In this document: positions 8,897-18,058 of the stretch, piece by piece
Layout: each line of letters begins with the position of its first letter
How positions within the stretch are numbered: the stretch's first letter is position 1
The notes under the pieces: model-generated
Told to the model about the DNA's origin: nothing
The model's input: the letters and a program-made list of their open reading frames with translations, nothing else
Database searches by the model: none
Assembly (NCBI GenBank): GCA_964439905.1
Contig: CAYTPK010000017.1
Span: 72,039-136,038 of the forward strand
DNA length: 64,000 nt
Direction of reading: 5' to 3'
Source of the DNA: an uncultured Dehalococcoidia bacterium
GTDB taxonomy: Bacteria > Chloroflexota > Dehalococcoidia > Lucifugimonadales > GCA-2712585
Position numbers and translations under genes: made by a program

Positions 8897-8898
8897 AA

Positions 8899-9468
8899 CT
8901 AGTGGTTCTTATTAAAATTTTCGTGCATCCTACTAGCAGTTGGTAACGTTTGACCTTGGTATTTGCTTCCTAAGGAAGGCGTTCCATATACACGATCTGC
9001 TGCTGTAGTAAGTTTCAGAAAAGAAATTTGGCCTATTTTCATCCCGGCGTACATTGTGATTGGTAGGCGAGCAATATTTGTTAGTTCTAGCGTAAGATTG
9101 CCTTTCCATCCAGGGTCCACATATCCGGCTGTGGAATGAATTACTAGGCCGATTCTGCCGAGAGAACTCTTTCCTTCCAGCCTAGCAACAAGGTCATCAG
9201 GAACTTCGATGTGTTCTAGCGTGCTAGCTAGCACGAACTCACCAGGGTGGAGTATGAATGGTTGTTCGTCAATTTCTACCAACTCTGTTAGCCCTTCCAT
9301 TGGCTCTTTAACATCTATGTAGGCCCTAGTTGTATTTCTAAAAACCAATAATTTTTTGTCCATGTGGACATCGACGCTTGCCGGCTGTATATCCTCCAGA
9401 TTTATGGGATCTATAACTATGCGTCCTTTGGTTAATTCTTCCTTGATGCTCCTGTCACTGAGAACCAT
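8899..9468 (-). CDS. dcd: dCTP deaminase
   Basis: 189 aa. 'MVLSDRSIKE....I.P......QPASVD' N-terminus and 'GWKG.LTLELTN' pattern. Lies 2 nt upstream of ribD. Confidence 0.85.
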   Translation of the reverse strand: MVLSDRSIKEELTKGRIVIDPINLEDIQPASVDVHMDKKLLVFRNTTRAYIDVKEPMEGLTELVEIDEQPFILHPGEFVLASTLEHIEVPDDLVARLEGKSSLGRIGLVIHSTAGYVDPGWKGNLTLELTNIARLPITMYAGMKIGQISFLKLTTAADRVYGTPSLGSKYQGQTLPTASRMHENFNKNH

Positions 9469-9709
9469 AGTACTCCTGTTTCTACTTTAAGGATTTGGGG
9501 CCCTAGGCGGATTTTAGCAGCCTAAATCAGGTGACACAACTAAAATACCGGAAACAAAAACATCATAATTTAAAAGCGCCTAGATTACCTATGCTCTCAA
9601 AATAAGTACGTGTTATATGGAGTTATGATTATATAAGCCGATGGTGGTTTATGATGTATTTACTTTATTTTCCTGGAGGCGTAAATGATACATATCCTTG
9701 GTTCTAAAT

Positions 9710-9738
9710 GTGACGATGTCGTAATATGTGGGTATAAT
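9710..9738 (+). promoter_or_regulatory. Candidate promoter (GTGACG-17 nt-TATAAT) for the 9774-12634 genes
   Basis: Perfect TATAAT at 9733-9738 and a partial -35 at 9710-9715. Pattern only. Confidence 0.3.
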
Positions 9739-9773
9739 GCCTGGAAAATAGCAAGTGTATTTGGAGTACTTTT

Positions 9774-11003
9774 ATGCCGCGTCAATATTATGGTGGGGAG
9801 CTTCCAGATTATTTCATAGTCGATTCAGATTCCCATGTAGATGAGAGTAAGTGTGAGCTTTGGAAACGATTTCCCATAGAGCTACAACATCTGGCGCCGC
9901 GTCAATTTCAAGACCCGAATTGGCAAGACATAGAACATGTTGCAAGAGGTAGTGGATTAGGATCTACCCGTAAGTATGACAATATCTGGGTGCTCGAGCA
10001 TTCAAAAGTTTTTCCGAACTCTGATTACCGTACTGGCCCTCATGGAAAGTTAGCTACATTTGCCCCGCATAGCGCAGATCAGTGGTTTAATCGAGAAGGT
10101 GAGAGAGATCCCAAGGAACGTGTTAAAGATTTGGACGAAGAAGGATTTGATTTAACTTTTGTTTTCTGCGTGTTACACCAAAATTTGTTAAATACTATAG
10201 ATAATCCTGAAGTAGCGTTGCATTTTGCTAGAGGATGGAACGATTGGATTTCAGAATGGACCGATGGATATAGGGATAGGATACGTGGAACTGCAATACT
10301 CCCATTGCATGATGTTGACCTTGCTTTGGAAGAATTGCGCCGGGCTGCTGACATGGGACTGGGCGGTGCATACTTGCCGTGCCAGTTTAAGGGAGAATGG
10401 TTGTATAAAGAAAAATTCCACCCGGTTTTAGAAGAATGTCAGAGGCTAGGATTCCCTGTTTCGATTCATCAGCAGCTTCATATGTCTGTTGGTATGAAAC
10501 GCTTGGATAATGAATTTCTTAAACACTTGTTTATGGGTATAGATGCCCCGTTTTCTGTGTGCGGATTTATAGCGAGTGGAATTCTCGACAAACTGCCCGA
10601 TTTGAAAATTGCGTGGATTGAGCAGGGAGCTGGTTGGCTTCCATATTTTCTTGACCGTTTGGAAGAACATTACGAGATTATGCCAGGCATGGTGCCTGAA
10701 CCTAGATTTGCAGAGCCGAGGGATTATTTTGGGGAGCAATTATTTATAGCATTTGAACCAGAAGAGGCAGATTACTTGCCCTTTTTAGTATCCAAGGTAG
10801 GGGCCGGAGGATTGCTAATTGGATCTGATTACTCGCACTTTGACTGTCTTTCTCCTTTAACAGTTCAGAAGGTTCTGGATCATCCAGAAGTAAATGACAT
10901 AGATAAGAAGAAGATTCTCTCTGATAATGGGATTAAGTTTTGGAATCTGGACCCATCTTCTTATCGTAGAAAGATTCCTCGCATTATTAGAAATACAAGT
11001 TGA
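9774..11003 (+). CDS. Amidohydrolase-2 (ACMSD-like TIM-barrel metal-dependent hydrolase/decarboxylase) family protein
   Basis: 409 aa. N-terminal metal motif 'VDSDSHV'. Later 'GSDYSHFD'. GGAG SD 8 nt upstream. Confidence 0.7.
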   Translation: MPRQYYGGELPDYFIVDSDSHVDESKCELWKRFPIELQHLAPRQFQDPNWQDIEHVARGSGLGSTRKYDNIWVLEHSKVFPNSDYRTGPHGKLATFAPHSADQWFNREGERDPKERVKDLDEEGFDLTFVFCVLHQNLLNTIDNPEVALHFARGWNDWISEWTDGYRDRIRGTAILPLHDVDLALEELRRAADMGLGGAYLPCQFKGEWLYKEKFHPVLEECQRLGFPVSIHQQLHMSVGMKRLDNEFLKHLFMGIDAPFSVCGFIASGILDKLPDLKIAWIEQGAGWLPYFLDRLEEHYEIMPGMVPEPRFAEPRDYFGEQLFIAFEPEEADYLPFLVSKVGAGGLLIGSDYSHFDCLSPLTVQKVLDHPEVNDIDKKKILSDNGIKFWNLDPSSYRRKIPRIIRNTS

Positions 11004-11052
11004 TGATATATATTTGGAATCCAAGGAGAAGCTATCGAAGAGGCCTAATGTA

Positions 11053-11640
11053 ATGGTTGAAAAAGGACGGCTTGAATCCATTCTTTTGTGTTTAGATGAT
11101 CCTGATGATCTATCGTTGTTACAGGGAAGCATAAAGTTTGCTCCGGGACTCCTTCCTGGGGTTGAAAACGACGGCATGAAAGCAAACAGCTGTGTCCGAG
11201 CACAGCCCAGACTCGCTTCCTATAATGATTCCAACTGGGAAGACGTTTCTAATTTGCGTAGAGTAGTGGGAAAGGGTCTCACATGTGCTTGGTACAGATT
11301 CACTATTACCCTACCATTGAGCATAAAAGGACTGGATGTAAGGGGAGCTCAGATTTGGTTTTCCACGTCTATAGATGATTATGGAGAGATCTGGGTAGAT
11401 TATCCAGATGATAGTACATATAAACCTGCTCAAGGCATAGCTGATAACAAACTGTCTCCAGTTTTAGGATATAACACTGAAAATCGCATTCTCATATCCG
11501 AATCAGCTATTCCTAGTAGAACTCACGTAATTGCGTGTTTAGCGATCAATGGACCCTTAGCACAGCCATTGGGCGGTGTATTCCTCAGGTACGCAAGGCT
11601 TGAGGTCAGTCAGGGATTCGCGAAAATACCAATTAGTTAG
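11053..11640 (+). CDS. Hypothetical protein, possible galactose-binding-like beta-sandwich
   Basis: The ORF runs 10927-11640, but the first ATG clear of the upstream gene is 11053 ('MVEKGRLES'). The segment 'CAWYRFTITLP....GAQIWFSTSIDDYGEIWVDY' is reminiscent of GH2-type sugar-binding jelly rolls. This is a weak call. Confidence 0.4.
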   Translation: MVEKGRLESILLCLDDPDDLSLLQGSIKFAPGLLPGVENDGMKANSCVRAQPRLASYNDSNWEDVSNLRRVVGKGLTCAWYRFTITLPLSIKGLDVRGAQIWFSTSIDDYGEIWVDYPDDSTYKPAQGIADNKLSPVLGYNTENRILISESAIPSRTHVIACLAINGPLAQPLGGVFLRYARLEVSQGFAKIPIS

Positions 11641-11677
11641 GTAGGACATTTTCAACAATCAGGATACAGGAGGAATT

Positions 11678-12634
11678 ATGGATAGGAATTTGCCAACTGC
11701 TTCCCAGATTCGGGAGTGGCACAAAACATTGAGTAATTGGGGGCGCTGGGGTCGTGATGATGAACTAGGTACTATGAATCTCATAACCCCGGAAAAGCGA
11801 CTTCAAGCCATGAGTTTAGTGGAAAAAGGTGAGACTGTGACTCTGGCAAGGCCCGTTGTCGCGGAGCCATCAGCAGATGGACCGATCCCGCCTCAGATGT
11901 ATATGGTAGAAAGTGGTGAGGGTTGGGATTCTACGCCTGGTAAGAAAGACCTTGTGGCACATAACGCATCGGAATATGTTGGTTATATATATCATGGGTT
12001 TGTAATGACCCATGTAGACGCATTATCCCACTGGTTTGATGGGGATAAAATGTACAATGGACACTCTGCTGACGCAGTTAGAACCAAAGGCGGTGCTACG
12101 AAAGAGAGCATTGACCTTCTTAAAAATGGTGTAGTGACAAGAGGTGTTCTAATGGATATAGCTGACATGAAAGGGGTTCCCTACATGAATGAAGGCGAAG
12201 CTGTTTTCCCAGAGGATTTGGATGCGGCTGAGGCTAAGTACAATGTAAAGGTACAACCAGGTGATCTCATGTTGATTAGGACTGGGAATTGGGAAAGACG
12301 TCAAGCGCAAGGTCCAAAACATCCAATGCTACCTGGGAATGGGGCATCTGGTCTTCATGCTGCTTGTCTTCCTTGGATTAAGGAAAGGGATATTGCTATG
12401 CTGGGTGGAGATCTTGCTCAGGATGTTATACCAAGTGGTTACTCCGAGTTCAACCTCCCTGTCCACCAAGTCATTCTCACTGCAATGGGGTGTTGGATAC
12501 TTGATAATTGCAATCTTGAGGATCTACATAAGAAATGCAAGAGCGAAGGTCGGTGGGAATTCTTGGTAGTTGTCTGTCCATTAAGAATGGCAAATGGTAC
12601 TGGGGCTCCGGTCAATCCTATCGCCATTTTTTAG
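11678..12634 (+). CDS. Putative cyclase / kynurenine-formamidase-like metal hydrolase
   Basis: 318 aa. AGGAGG SD. 'HGFVMTHVDALSHW' resembles the HxGTHxDxPxH cyclase-family motif. Confidence 0.65.
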   Translation: MDRNLPTASQIREWHKTLSNWGRWGRDDELGTMNLITPEKRLQAMSLVEKGETVTLARPVVAEPSADGPIPPQMYMVESGEGWDSTPGKKDLVAHNASEYVGYIYHGFVMTHVDALSHWFDGDKMYNGHSADAVRTKGGATKESIDLLKNGVVTRGVLMDIADMKGVPYMNEGEAVFPEDLDAAEAKYNVKVQPGDLMLIRTGNWERRQAQGPKHPMLPGNGASGLHAACLPWIKERDIAMLGGDLAQDVIPSGYSEFNLPVHQVILTAMGCWILDNCNLEDLHKKCKSEGRWEFLVVVCPLRMANGTGAPVNPIAIF

Positions 12635-12683
12635 CTAGGAAAGTTTAATTGGCGTATTTTAGCGATATAAGTACTGTTTAGAA

Positions 12684-13280
12684 ATGTTTAACCTGGTAAA
12701 GGAAATCTTGGAAGCAGCGATAGTAGCATTGGTTGTATTTTTTCTAATAGATACTAGCGTTCAGAGTTTTAAAGTAGAAGGGGTTAGTATGGCGCCCACC
12801 CTTCAGCCAGGCCAATACCTTGTCGTAAATAAATTGGCATACTTTGAACTGGATACGCATAAACTTTCTACCCTGATTCCGTTTTGGGACCTGCCACCTA
12901 ATGGAAACAAGAATAGATTATTGGCGAGAGAAGGTCCTGTGGTCGGCGATTTGGTTGTGTTTAGACAAGATTCAGATTCGGGTAGGAAATTTGTCAAAAG
13001 GATAATCGGAGGTCCCGGCGATCAGGTTTCTATTATTGGTGGCGTTACGTATGTAAATGGTGACATCCTTAGAGAGGCGTATTTGCCTAGTTCGGATTAT
13101 GATCAGTATTATGAATACGATGCTTTGGGGGTGGAAGAATTTTTCGTAATGGGAGATAACCGTGGAGCGAGCAGTGACTCAAGGCATTGGGGTCCCATAA
13201 GGATGGATAATGTAATAGGGAAAGTGTTAGCTGATTATAACCTTCCATTTGATGTTGGTTTTATAAAAGAAACTGAGTAG
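12684..13280 (+). CDS. lepB: Signal peptidase I
   Basis: 198 aa. N-terminal TM segment, catalytic Ser box 'GVSMAPTL', Lys box 'FVKRIIGGPGD', and 'GDNRGASSDSRHWG'. Confidence 0.9.
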   Translation: MFNLVKEILEAAIVALVVFFLIDTSVQSFKVEGVSMAPTLQPGQYLVVNKLAYFELDTHKLSTLIPFWDLPPNGNKNRLLAREGPVVGDLVVFRQDSDSGRKFVKRIIGGPGDQVSIIGGVTYVNGDILREAYLPSSDYDQYYEYDALGVEEFFVMGDNRGASSDSRHWGPIRMDNVIGKVLADYNLPFDVGFIKETE

Positions 13281-13332
13281 TATAAATATATGGTTCTGGT
13301 TGGGGATTCGCTATAAACTGAATTACATGGTC

Positions 13333-13361
13333 TTGAGAGGGCTAATAAGAATTGCTACAAT
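13333..13361 (+). promoter_or_regulatory. Candidate promoter (TTGAGA-17 nt-TACAAT) for ino1 operon
   Basis: TTGAGA at 13333-13338, TACAAT at 13356-13361, about 50 nt upstream of the start codon. Confidence 0.4.
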
Positions 13362-13414
13362 TCGACCCCCGGATTTTTAAAATACGTCAAGTGTATTAAG
13401 CAAGGAGTTTGTGC

Positions 13415-14506
13415 TTGGGAAAGATTAAGGTAGCTATTATAGGTGTAGGTAATTGTGCCTCGTCTCTAGTTCAGGGTCTTCATATGTATAAGGAGGTTCC
13501 GGAGGGAGATATCGTTCCGGGATTAATGCATCCATCCTTGGGTGGTTACGAGATAGGAGATATCGAAATCGTGGCAGCTTTTGATATCGATGTTAATAAA
13601 GTGGGTAAGGATCTTTCAGAGGCAGTTTTCGCTCAGCCCAACAATACTATGAAATTTTCTGATGTTCCACACATGGGGGTAACTGTTGATCGAGGTATGA
13701 CGCATGATGGTATTGGTAAGTACCTGTCTGATGTCGTAATAAAATCTCCTGGATCTACTGCAGATGTAGCTGGTATTTTACATGATCGCAATGTGGATGT
13801 TGTTATTAACTATTTACCTGTAGGGAGCGACCAAGCCACCAAATGGTATGTGGAACAGGTTCTATCAGCTGGATGCGGATTTATTAATTGTGTTCCAGTT
13901 TTTATAGCTCGTGAGGAATATTGGCAGAAACGGTTCGAGTCTCGTGGTTTACCCATGATAGGTGATGATATTAAATCTCAGCTTGGTGCTACCATTACGC
14001 ATAGAGTACTGACAAAGCTTTTTAGGGATAGGGGTGTGGTGATTGATAACACATACCAGCTGAATTTTGGGGGAAACACCGATTTTTTGAACATGTTGGA
14101 AAGAGAAAGATTAGTATCCAAAAAAATATCCAAAACCAACTCGGTTACCTCACAACTCGATTATGATATGGGATCTGATAACATTCACATAGGTCCAAGT
14201 GACCATATACCATGGTTGAAGGATAGAAAATGGTGCTACATCCGAATGGAAGGGCATTCTTTCGGAGGAGCTCCAATTAATATCGAGCTCAAGTTGGAGG
14301 TTTGGGATAGCCCCAACTCCGCCGGGGTAGTTGTAGATGCGATTAGGTGTTGCAAGTTAGCTAAAGATCGTGGGGATACAGGAACCGTTAAGGGACCTAG
14401 TGCATACTTCATGAAGTCCCCACCAGTGCAATATAGCGATGACGAAGCTCGGCAGATGGTAGAAACCTTTATTGATGGGGATAACCCTGACCTAGATGAG
14501 GAATAG
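13415..14506 (+). CDS. ino1: myo-Inositol-1-phosphate synthase (short bacterial/archaeal type)
   Basis: The ORF opens at 13409. TTG at 13415 lies 7 nt after AAGGAG. Rossmann N-terminus '[17 protein letters not shown]'. About 363 aa, the same size class as the mycobacterial and archaeal enzymes. Confidence 0.85.
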   Translation: MGKIKVAIIGVGNCASSLVQGLHMYKEVPEGDIVPGLMHPSLGGYEIGDIEIVAAFDIDVNKVGKDLSEAVFAQPNNTMKFSDVPHMGVTVDRGMTHDGIGKYLSDVVIKSPGSTADVAGILHDRNVDVVINYLPVGSDQATKWYVEQVLSAGCGFINCVPVFIAREEYWQKRFESRGLPMIGDDIKSQLGATITHRVLTKLFRDRGVVIDNTYQLNFGGNTDFLNMLERERLVSKKISKTNSVTSQLDYDMGSDNIHIGPSDHIPWLKDRKWCYIRMEGHSFGGAPINIELKLEVWDSPNSAGVVVDAIRCCKLAKDRGDTGTVKGPSAYFMKSPPVQYSDDEARQMVETFIDGDNPDLDEE

Positions 14507-14536
14507 ACACATTTAGCCACTGAAAAGGATAGATGT

Positions 14537-15694
14537 ATGAAAATTGCGCTAGTTTCTCCTTATGACATCACTTGGCCTGGGGGAGTAACAGCCCACATTT
14601 CGTACCTGGCAAGAGAGTTTGTAAATATGGGGCATAAAGTAAAGATACTTGCCCCGGATACGCCCTCAAGAGCAGTAGAGATAGGTAGTAACAACTACTT
14701 TTCTTTGGGAAGGTCGGTTCCTATACCAACTGGAGGTTCTATAGCTAGGCTTTCCCTATCAGTTTGGATGTATCCAAAGGTGCGAAGATATCTAGCCGAG
14801 GAAAATTTTGATGTAGTCCACTTTCACGAACCCCTCGCTCCATATCTTTTCATGCCGTTAGCTATGTTACAAAACAACAACTCTGTGAATATTGGAACGT
14901 TTCATGCTTTTCACGAAAGTACAAAGCTATACAAGATGCTAACACCGTTTATTCGACAGTGGTTTGATCGACTAGATGGTCGAATAGTTGTATCACCTAT
15001 GGCTAAATTACATGTAACAAGACTTTTTCCAGGGAATAACGAGTTTTCCGAAATCCCTAACGGGATAGACTTAGGCCAGTTTTCAGAAAATACGGATTTC
15101 ATACCAGAGTTTATGGATGGGAAAGTTAATATACTTTTCGTTGGTCGATTGGAGAAGCGGAAGGGTCTCAATGTTCTTTTAGATGCCTATGCTAGGCTAA
15201 AATGGAATCACCCCTCCGTTAGATTACTGATTGTAGGGCCAGGGAATCCAGACAAGAAGACCTACAGGATTATGACGGAACGTAATTTAAAAGATGTTAT
15301 TTTTGTGGGTGGGGTATCACCAACAGAATTGATCAGATACTATCAGAGTGCTCATATTTTCTGTTCTCCTGCTACCGGCAAAGAGAGCTTTGGGATTGTA
15401 CTATTGGAAGCTATGGCGACTGGCAAGCCAATCGTTGCGTCTAGAATAGGAGGGTATTCCTTTCTTTTAAAGGATGGACATCAAGGTCTACTAGTTCCTC
15501 CTAATGACGGTCCAGCTTTGGCTGACGCCCTCTCGGTTCTAATAAAGAATCCTGAATTACGACATGATATGGGTGAGCGAGGACTCCAGTCGGTGCAACA
15601 ATATAGCTGGACTCGAGTTGCACACAGGATTATGCAATATTATCTTGAAGTCATAAGGTTACAGAATCGTGCAGAAGCTAAGAGACTATCTTAG
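14537..15694 (+). CDS. GT4 glycosyltransferase, PimA-like (phosphatidylinositol alpha-mannosyltransferase type)
   Basis: 385 aa. Colinear with my memory of mycobacterial PimA: 'MKIALVSPYD..PGGV..H', 'VPIPTGGSIARL', 'FDVVHFHEPLAP', 'EIPNGID', 'FVGRLEKRKG', 'GKESFGIVLLEAMA.G'. Confidence 0.75.
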   Translation: MKIALVSPYDITWPGGVTAHISYLAREFVNMGHKVKILAPDTPSRAVEIGSNNYFSLGRSVPIPTGGSIARLSLSVWMYPKVRRYLAEENFDVVHFHEPLAPYLFMPLAMLQNNNSVNIGTFHAFHESTKLYKMLTPFIRQWFDRLDGRIVVSPMAKLHVTRLFPGNNEFSEIPNGIDLGQFSENTDFIPEFMDGKVNILFVGRLEKRKGLNVLLDAYARLKWNHPSVRLLIVGPGNPDKKTYRIMTERNLKDVIFVGGVSPTELIRYYQSAHIFCSPATGKESFGIVLLEAMATGKPIVASRIGGYSFLLKDGHQGLLVPPNDGPALADALSVLIKNPELRHDMGERGLQSVQQYSWTRVAHRIMQYYLEVIRLQNRAEAKRLS

Positions 15695-16280
15695 GGATAG
15701 AATACATAAATATATAGAAGGGCCTATAGTTCGGTTGTTGAATCGGCTGGGTGTTTCACCTAATTTCATTACAATACTAGGGTTATTGGTTTCAGTGGTA
15801 GGGGCAATTTTTGTGGGAATGGGACATATGTCTACTGGTGGAGTACTCTTTTTGCTGGGTGGTTCCATGGATTTATTAGACGGGGGTCTTGCCCGTTTGA
15901 GTGGGCGTATTACGAAATTTGGTAGTCTTATGGATTCTCTTGCTGACAGAATTGGTGAAGCGGCTTTATATCTTGGTTTAGTCATATATGGCATCCAACA
16001 TTTTTCAGGATCGATTAATCTGATGACGTATACCATTGTCTTATTTGCGGCACTGGTAAGTTCTCAAATGGTGAGTTATTTACGAGCGAAAGGAGAATCT
16101 CTGGGTCTCAAGATGAAAGAAGGAATTATGACGAGACCAGAAAGAGTGATACTACTTTCTGTAGGATTATTAGCGGGTGATAGTATTTTGGTGGTTATAA
16201 TCGGGGTTATAGGGGGACTGTCTTTGCTCACTGTGTGTTCCAGATTATGGTTGATTTGGAAGAGCCTTGAAGCTGGCTAA
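15669..16280 (+). CDS. CDP-alcohol phosphatidyltransferase (phosphatidylinositol-phosphate synthase-like)
   Basis: 203 aa. GTG start overlaps the upstream gene by 26 nt. Signature 'DLLDGGLARLSGRITKFGSLMDSLADRIGE' fits D(x2)DG(x2)AR(x8)G(x3)D(x3)D. Confidence 0.8.
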   Translation: MQKLRDYLRDRIHKYIEGPIVRLLNRLGVSPNFITILGLLVSVVGAIFVGMGHMSTGGVLFLLGGSMDLLDGGLARLSGRITKFGSLMDSLADRIGEAALYLGLVIYGIQHFSGSINLMTYTIVLFAALVSSQMVSYLRAKGESLGLKMKEGIMTRPERVILLSVGLLAGDSILVVIIGVIGGLSLLTVCSRLWLIWKSLEAG

Positions 16281-16344
16281 CCGCCATGGCCTGATGTAAA
16301 CTGGGTTCGTGGTATTTGGAAGCTAATGGAGCGATGGTAGTAGA

Positions 16345-17046
16345 ATGGTCCTTCTCACGGATCAAAATAGAAAAGAATTAAAGAGGAGATTCAGAAAAGA
16401 CCTCAAGAGCGACATAGTATTTAGCTTGTTTACTACAAATCCATCTCTCCTGACCATACCCGGACGAGAATGTCACGATTGCCCCCAAGCCCAGGTGTTC
16501 TTAGAAGAGATATCCTCGCTTTCGCCAAAGATTCAGTTCAAGACATACAACTTCTTTGATGACCTAGAATCGAAACGTGAATACGATATAGACAAAATAC
16601 CTGCGATTGTCACCGAATCTGAAAGTTCTAATCGCCTAGTATTTTATGGTATACCGCAAGGGCATCAGTTCCCAGTGTTTTTGGAAGGAATGGAAAGGAT
16701 GTCCAGAGGAGTCAGTAGCTTGACCAACACGACTAGGAAAGGATTTAGCAGGCTTGACCGATTGGTTTCATTGCGTGTTTTTGTATCTTCTAATTCGATA
16801 ACTGCTGCAGCAGTAGCTAAATTGGCACAGGCTGCGGCATTGCAAAGCCGTTTAATTCGGACTGAGATAATTGATGTTAACGGGTTCCCTGAGTTAAGTC
16901 GAGCCTATAATGTTTCTGCGGTTCCTAAAACTATTATAAATAATATCGTTCACATTGATGGTATGATTTCTGAGGCAGTATTGTTAGAAAGAGTTCTTGA
17001 ATCAGGAATAAGCTCTATAGAAACCTCAGGCCAGAGATTTAAATAA
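16345..17046 (+). CDS. Two-domain thioredoxin-fold protein (glutaredoxin-like / PDO-like), only first CxxC retained
   Basis: 233 aa. 'GRECHDCPQAQ' in domain 1. Domain 2 has 'VFVSSNSITAAAVAKLA' where PDO-type proteins carry CPYC, then 'VSAVPKTIIN' (cis-Pro loop). Confidence 0.55.
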   Translation: MVLLTDQNRKELKRRFRKDLKSDIVFSLFTTNPSLLTIPGRECHDCPQAQVFLEEISSLSPKIQFKTYNFFDDLESKREYDIDKIPAIVTESESSNRLVFYGIPQGHQFPVFLEGMERMSRGVSSLTNTTRKGFSRLDRLVSLRVFVSSNSITAAAVAKLAQAAALQSRLIRTEIIDVNGFPELSRAYNVSAVPKTIINNIVHIDGMISEAVLLERVLESGISSIETSGQRFK

Positions 17047-17528
17047 TGACAAGAGAAATTGTTGGTTCCACATATGGTAAGGAATTGCGAATTGGGATAG
17101 TTGCATCACGTTTTAATGAGCCGGTCACCCGAAGATTGTTGAAAGGAGCTTTGAATGGGCTCGAATTTCATGACATGTCGGAGGAAAGAATTTCGGTTGT
17201 TTGGGTCCCCGGCTCTTTGGAATTAGCTATGGTTGTTCGGGAGATGGCACTTTCCGGGAAGTATGATGGATTAATAGCTTTAGGATGTGTAATACGAGGC
17301 GAGACCACACACTACGACGTTGTGGTTGAACAAAGTTATTCAGCCTTGAGCAAGATCCCACTTGAAACAGGGATTCCAGTCACTATCGGTGTTCTCACGG
17401 TAGAAAACTTGCAACAGGCCTTGTTTAGGTCTGCTGATGACAGGTCCAACAAAGGATATTATTGTTCTGAGGCCGTACTAGAAATGGCAAATTTGATGAG
17501 GACTATAAAGGCTATAAGGAGCTCATAA
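17046..17528 (+). CDS. ribH: 6,7-dimethyl-8-ribityllumazine synthase
   Basis: 160 aa. 'RIGIVASRFNE.VT..LL.GA', 'VVWVPGSLELA', 'ALGCVIRGET.HYD'. TAATG overlap with the upstream gene. Confidence 0.92.
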   Translation: MTREIVGSTYGKELRIGIVASRFNEPVTRRLLKGALNGLEFHDMSEERISVVWVPGSLELAMVVREMALSGKYDGLIALGCVIRGETTHYDVVVEQSYSALSKIPLETGIPVTIGVLTVENLQQALFRSADDRSNKGYYCSEAVLEMANLMRTIKAIRSS

Positions 17529-17983
17529 TGCTGAAAGAGAAAATTATAGAAGATCTTTATCTTGCTATGCGCAACAAGGATAAAACCCGAGTATCTACCC
17601 TGAGGTTAATGAAAAGCAATATTGAATATGAAGAAATTGACAAGAAAGAGGCGCTCAGCGACGAGGATATTATTAAGTTGATGTTTAGGAGTGTTCGTCA
17701 GCGTAAAGAGAGTATAAATTTATATAAACAGGGAGCTAGACCAGACTTGGTGGAAAAAGAAGAACTTGAGCTGGCCATTATTACGGAATATTTGCCCGAG
17801 CAGATGGAGTCCAAGCAGATAAAGGACGTTGTCCTTCAGGCTATGACCCAATTGAATGTCGCTGGTGTTTCCGATAAGGGTAAGTTGATGGGAATTGTTA
17901 TGCCTCAGCTTAAGGGTAAAGCAGAGGGATCTCTGGTTAATTCTGTGGTGGACGACCTCTTATCAGGAAAAGAAAATCCATGA
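17528..17983 (+). CDS. GatB/YqeY-domain protein
   Basis: 151 aa. 'LKEKIIEDLYLAMRNKDK.RVSTLRL....IEYEEI' is the typical YqeY N-terminus. TAATG overlap with ribH. Confidence 0.75.
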   Translation: MLKEKIIEDLYLAMRNKDKTRVSTLRLMKSNIEYEEIDKKEALSDEDIIKLMFRSVRQRKESINLYKQGARPDLVEKEELELAIITEYLPEQMESKQIKDVVLQAMTQLNVAGVSDKGKLMGIVMPQLKGKAEGSLVNSVVDDLLSGKENP

Positions 17984-18058
17984 GCACTGTTGGGTCTAAT
18001 CGAGTTGGTTGGGATGGCTTAAAACTTAGACACCTATGTTTTTGGTTGACATAAACAT

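Noticed and set aside
9469-9773. Searched upstream of the dcd-ribD-ribE-ribBA operon (and upstream of ribH) for an FMN riboswitch.
   Set aside because: None of the conserved RFN core segments I remember are present on the relevant strand. Only a weak 5-bp hairpin is there. An Rfam scan would be decisive.
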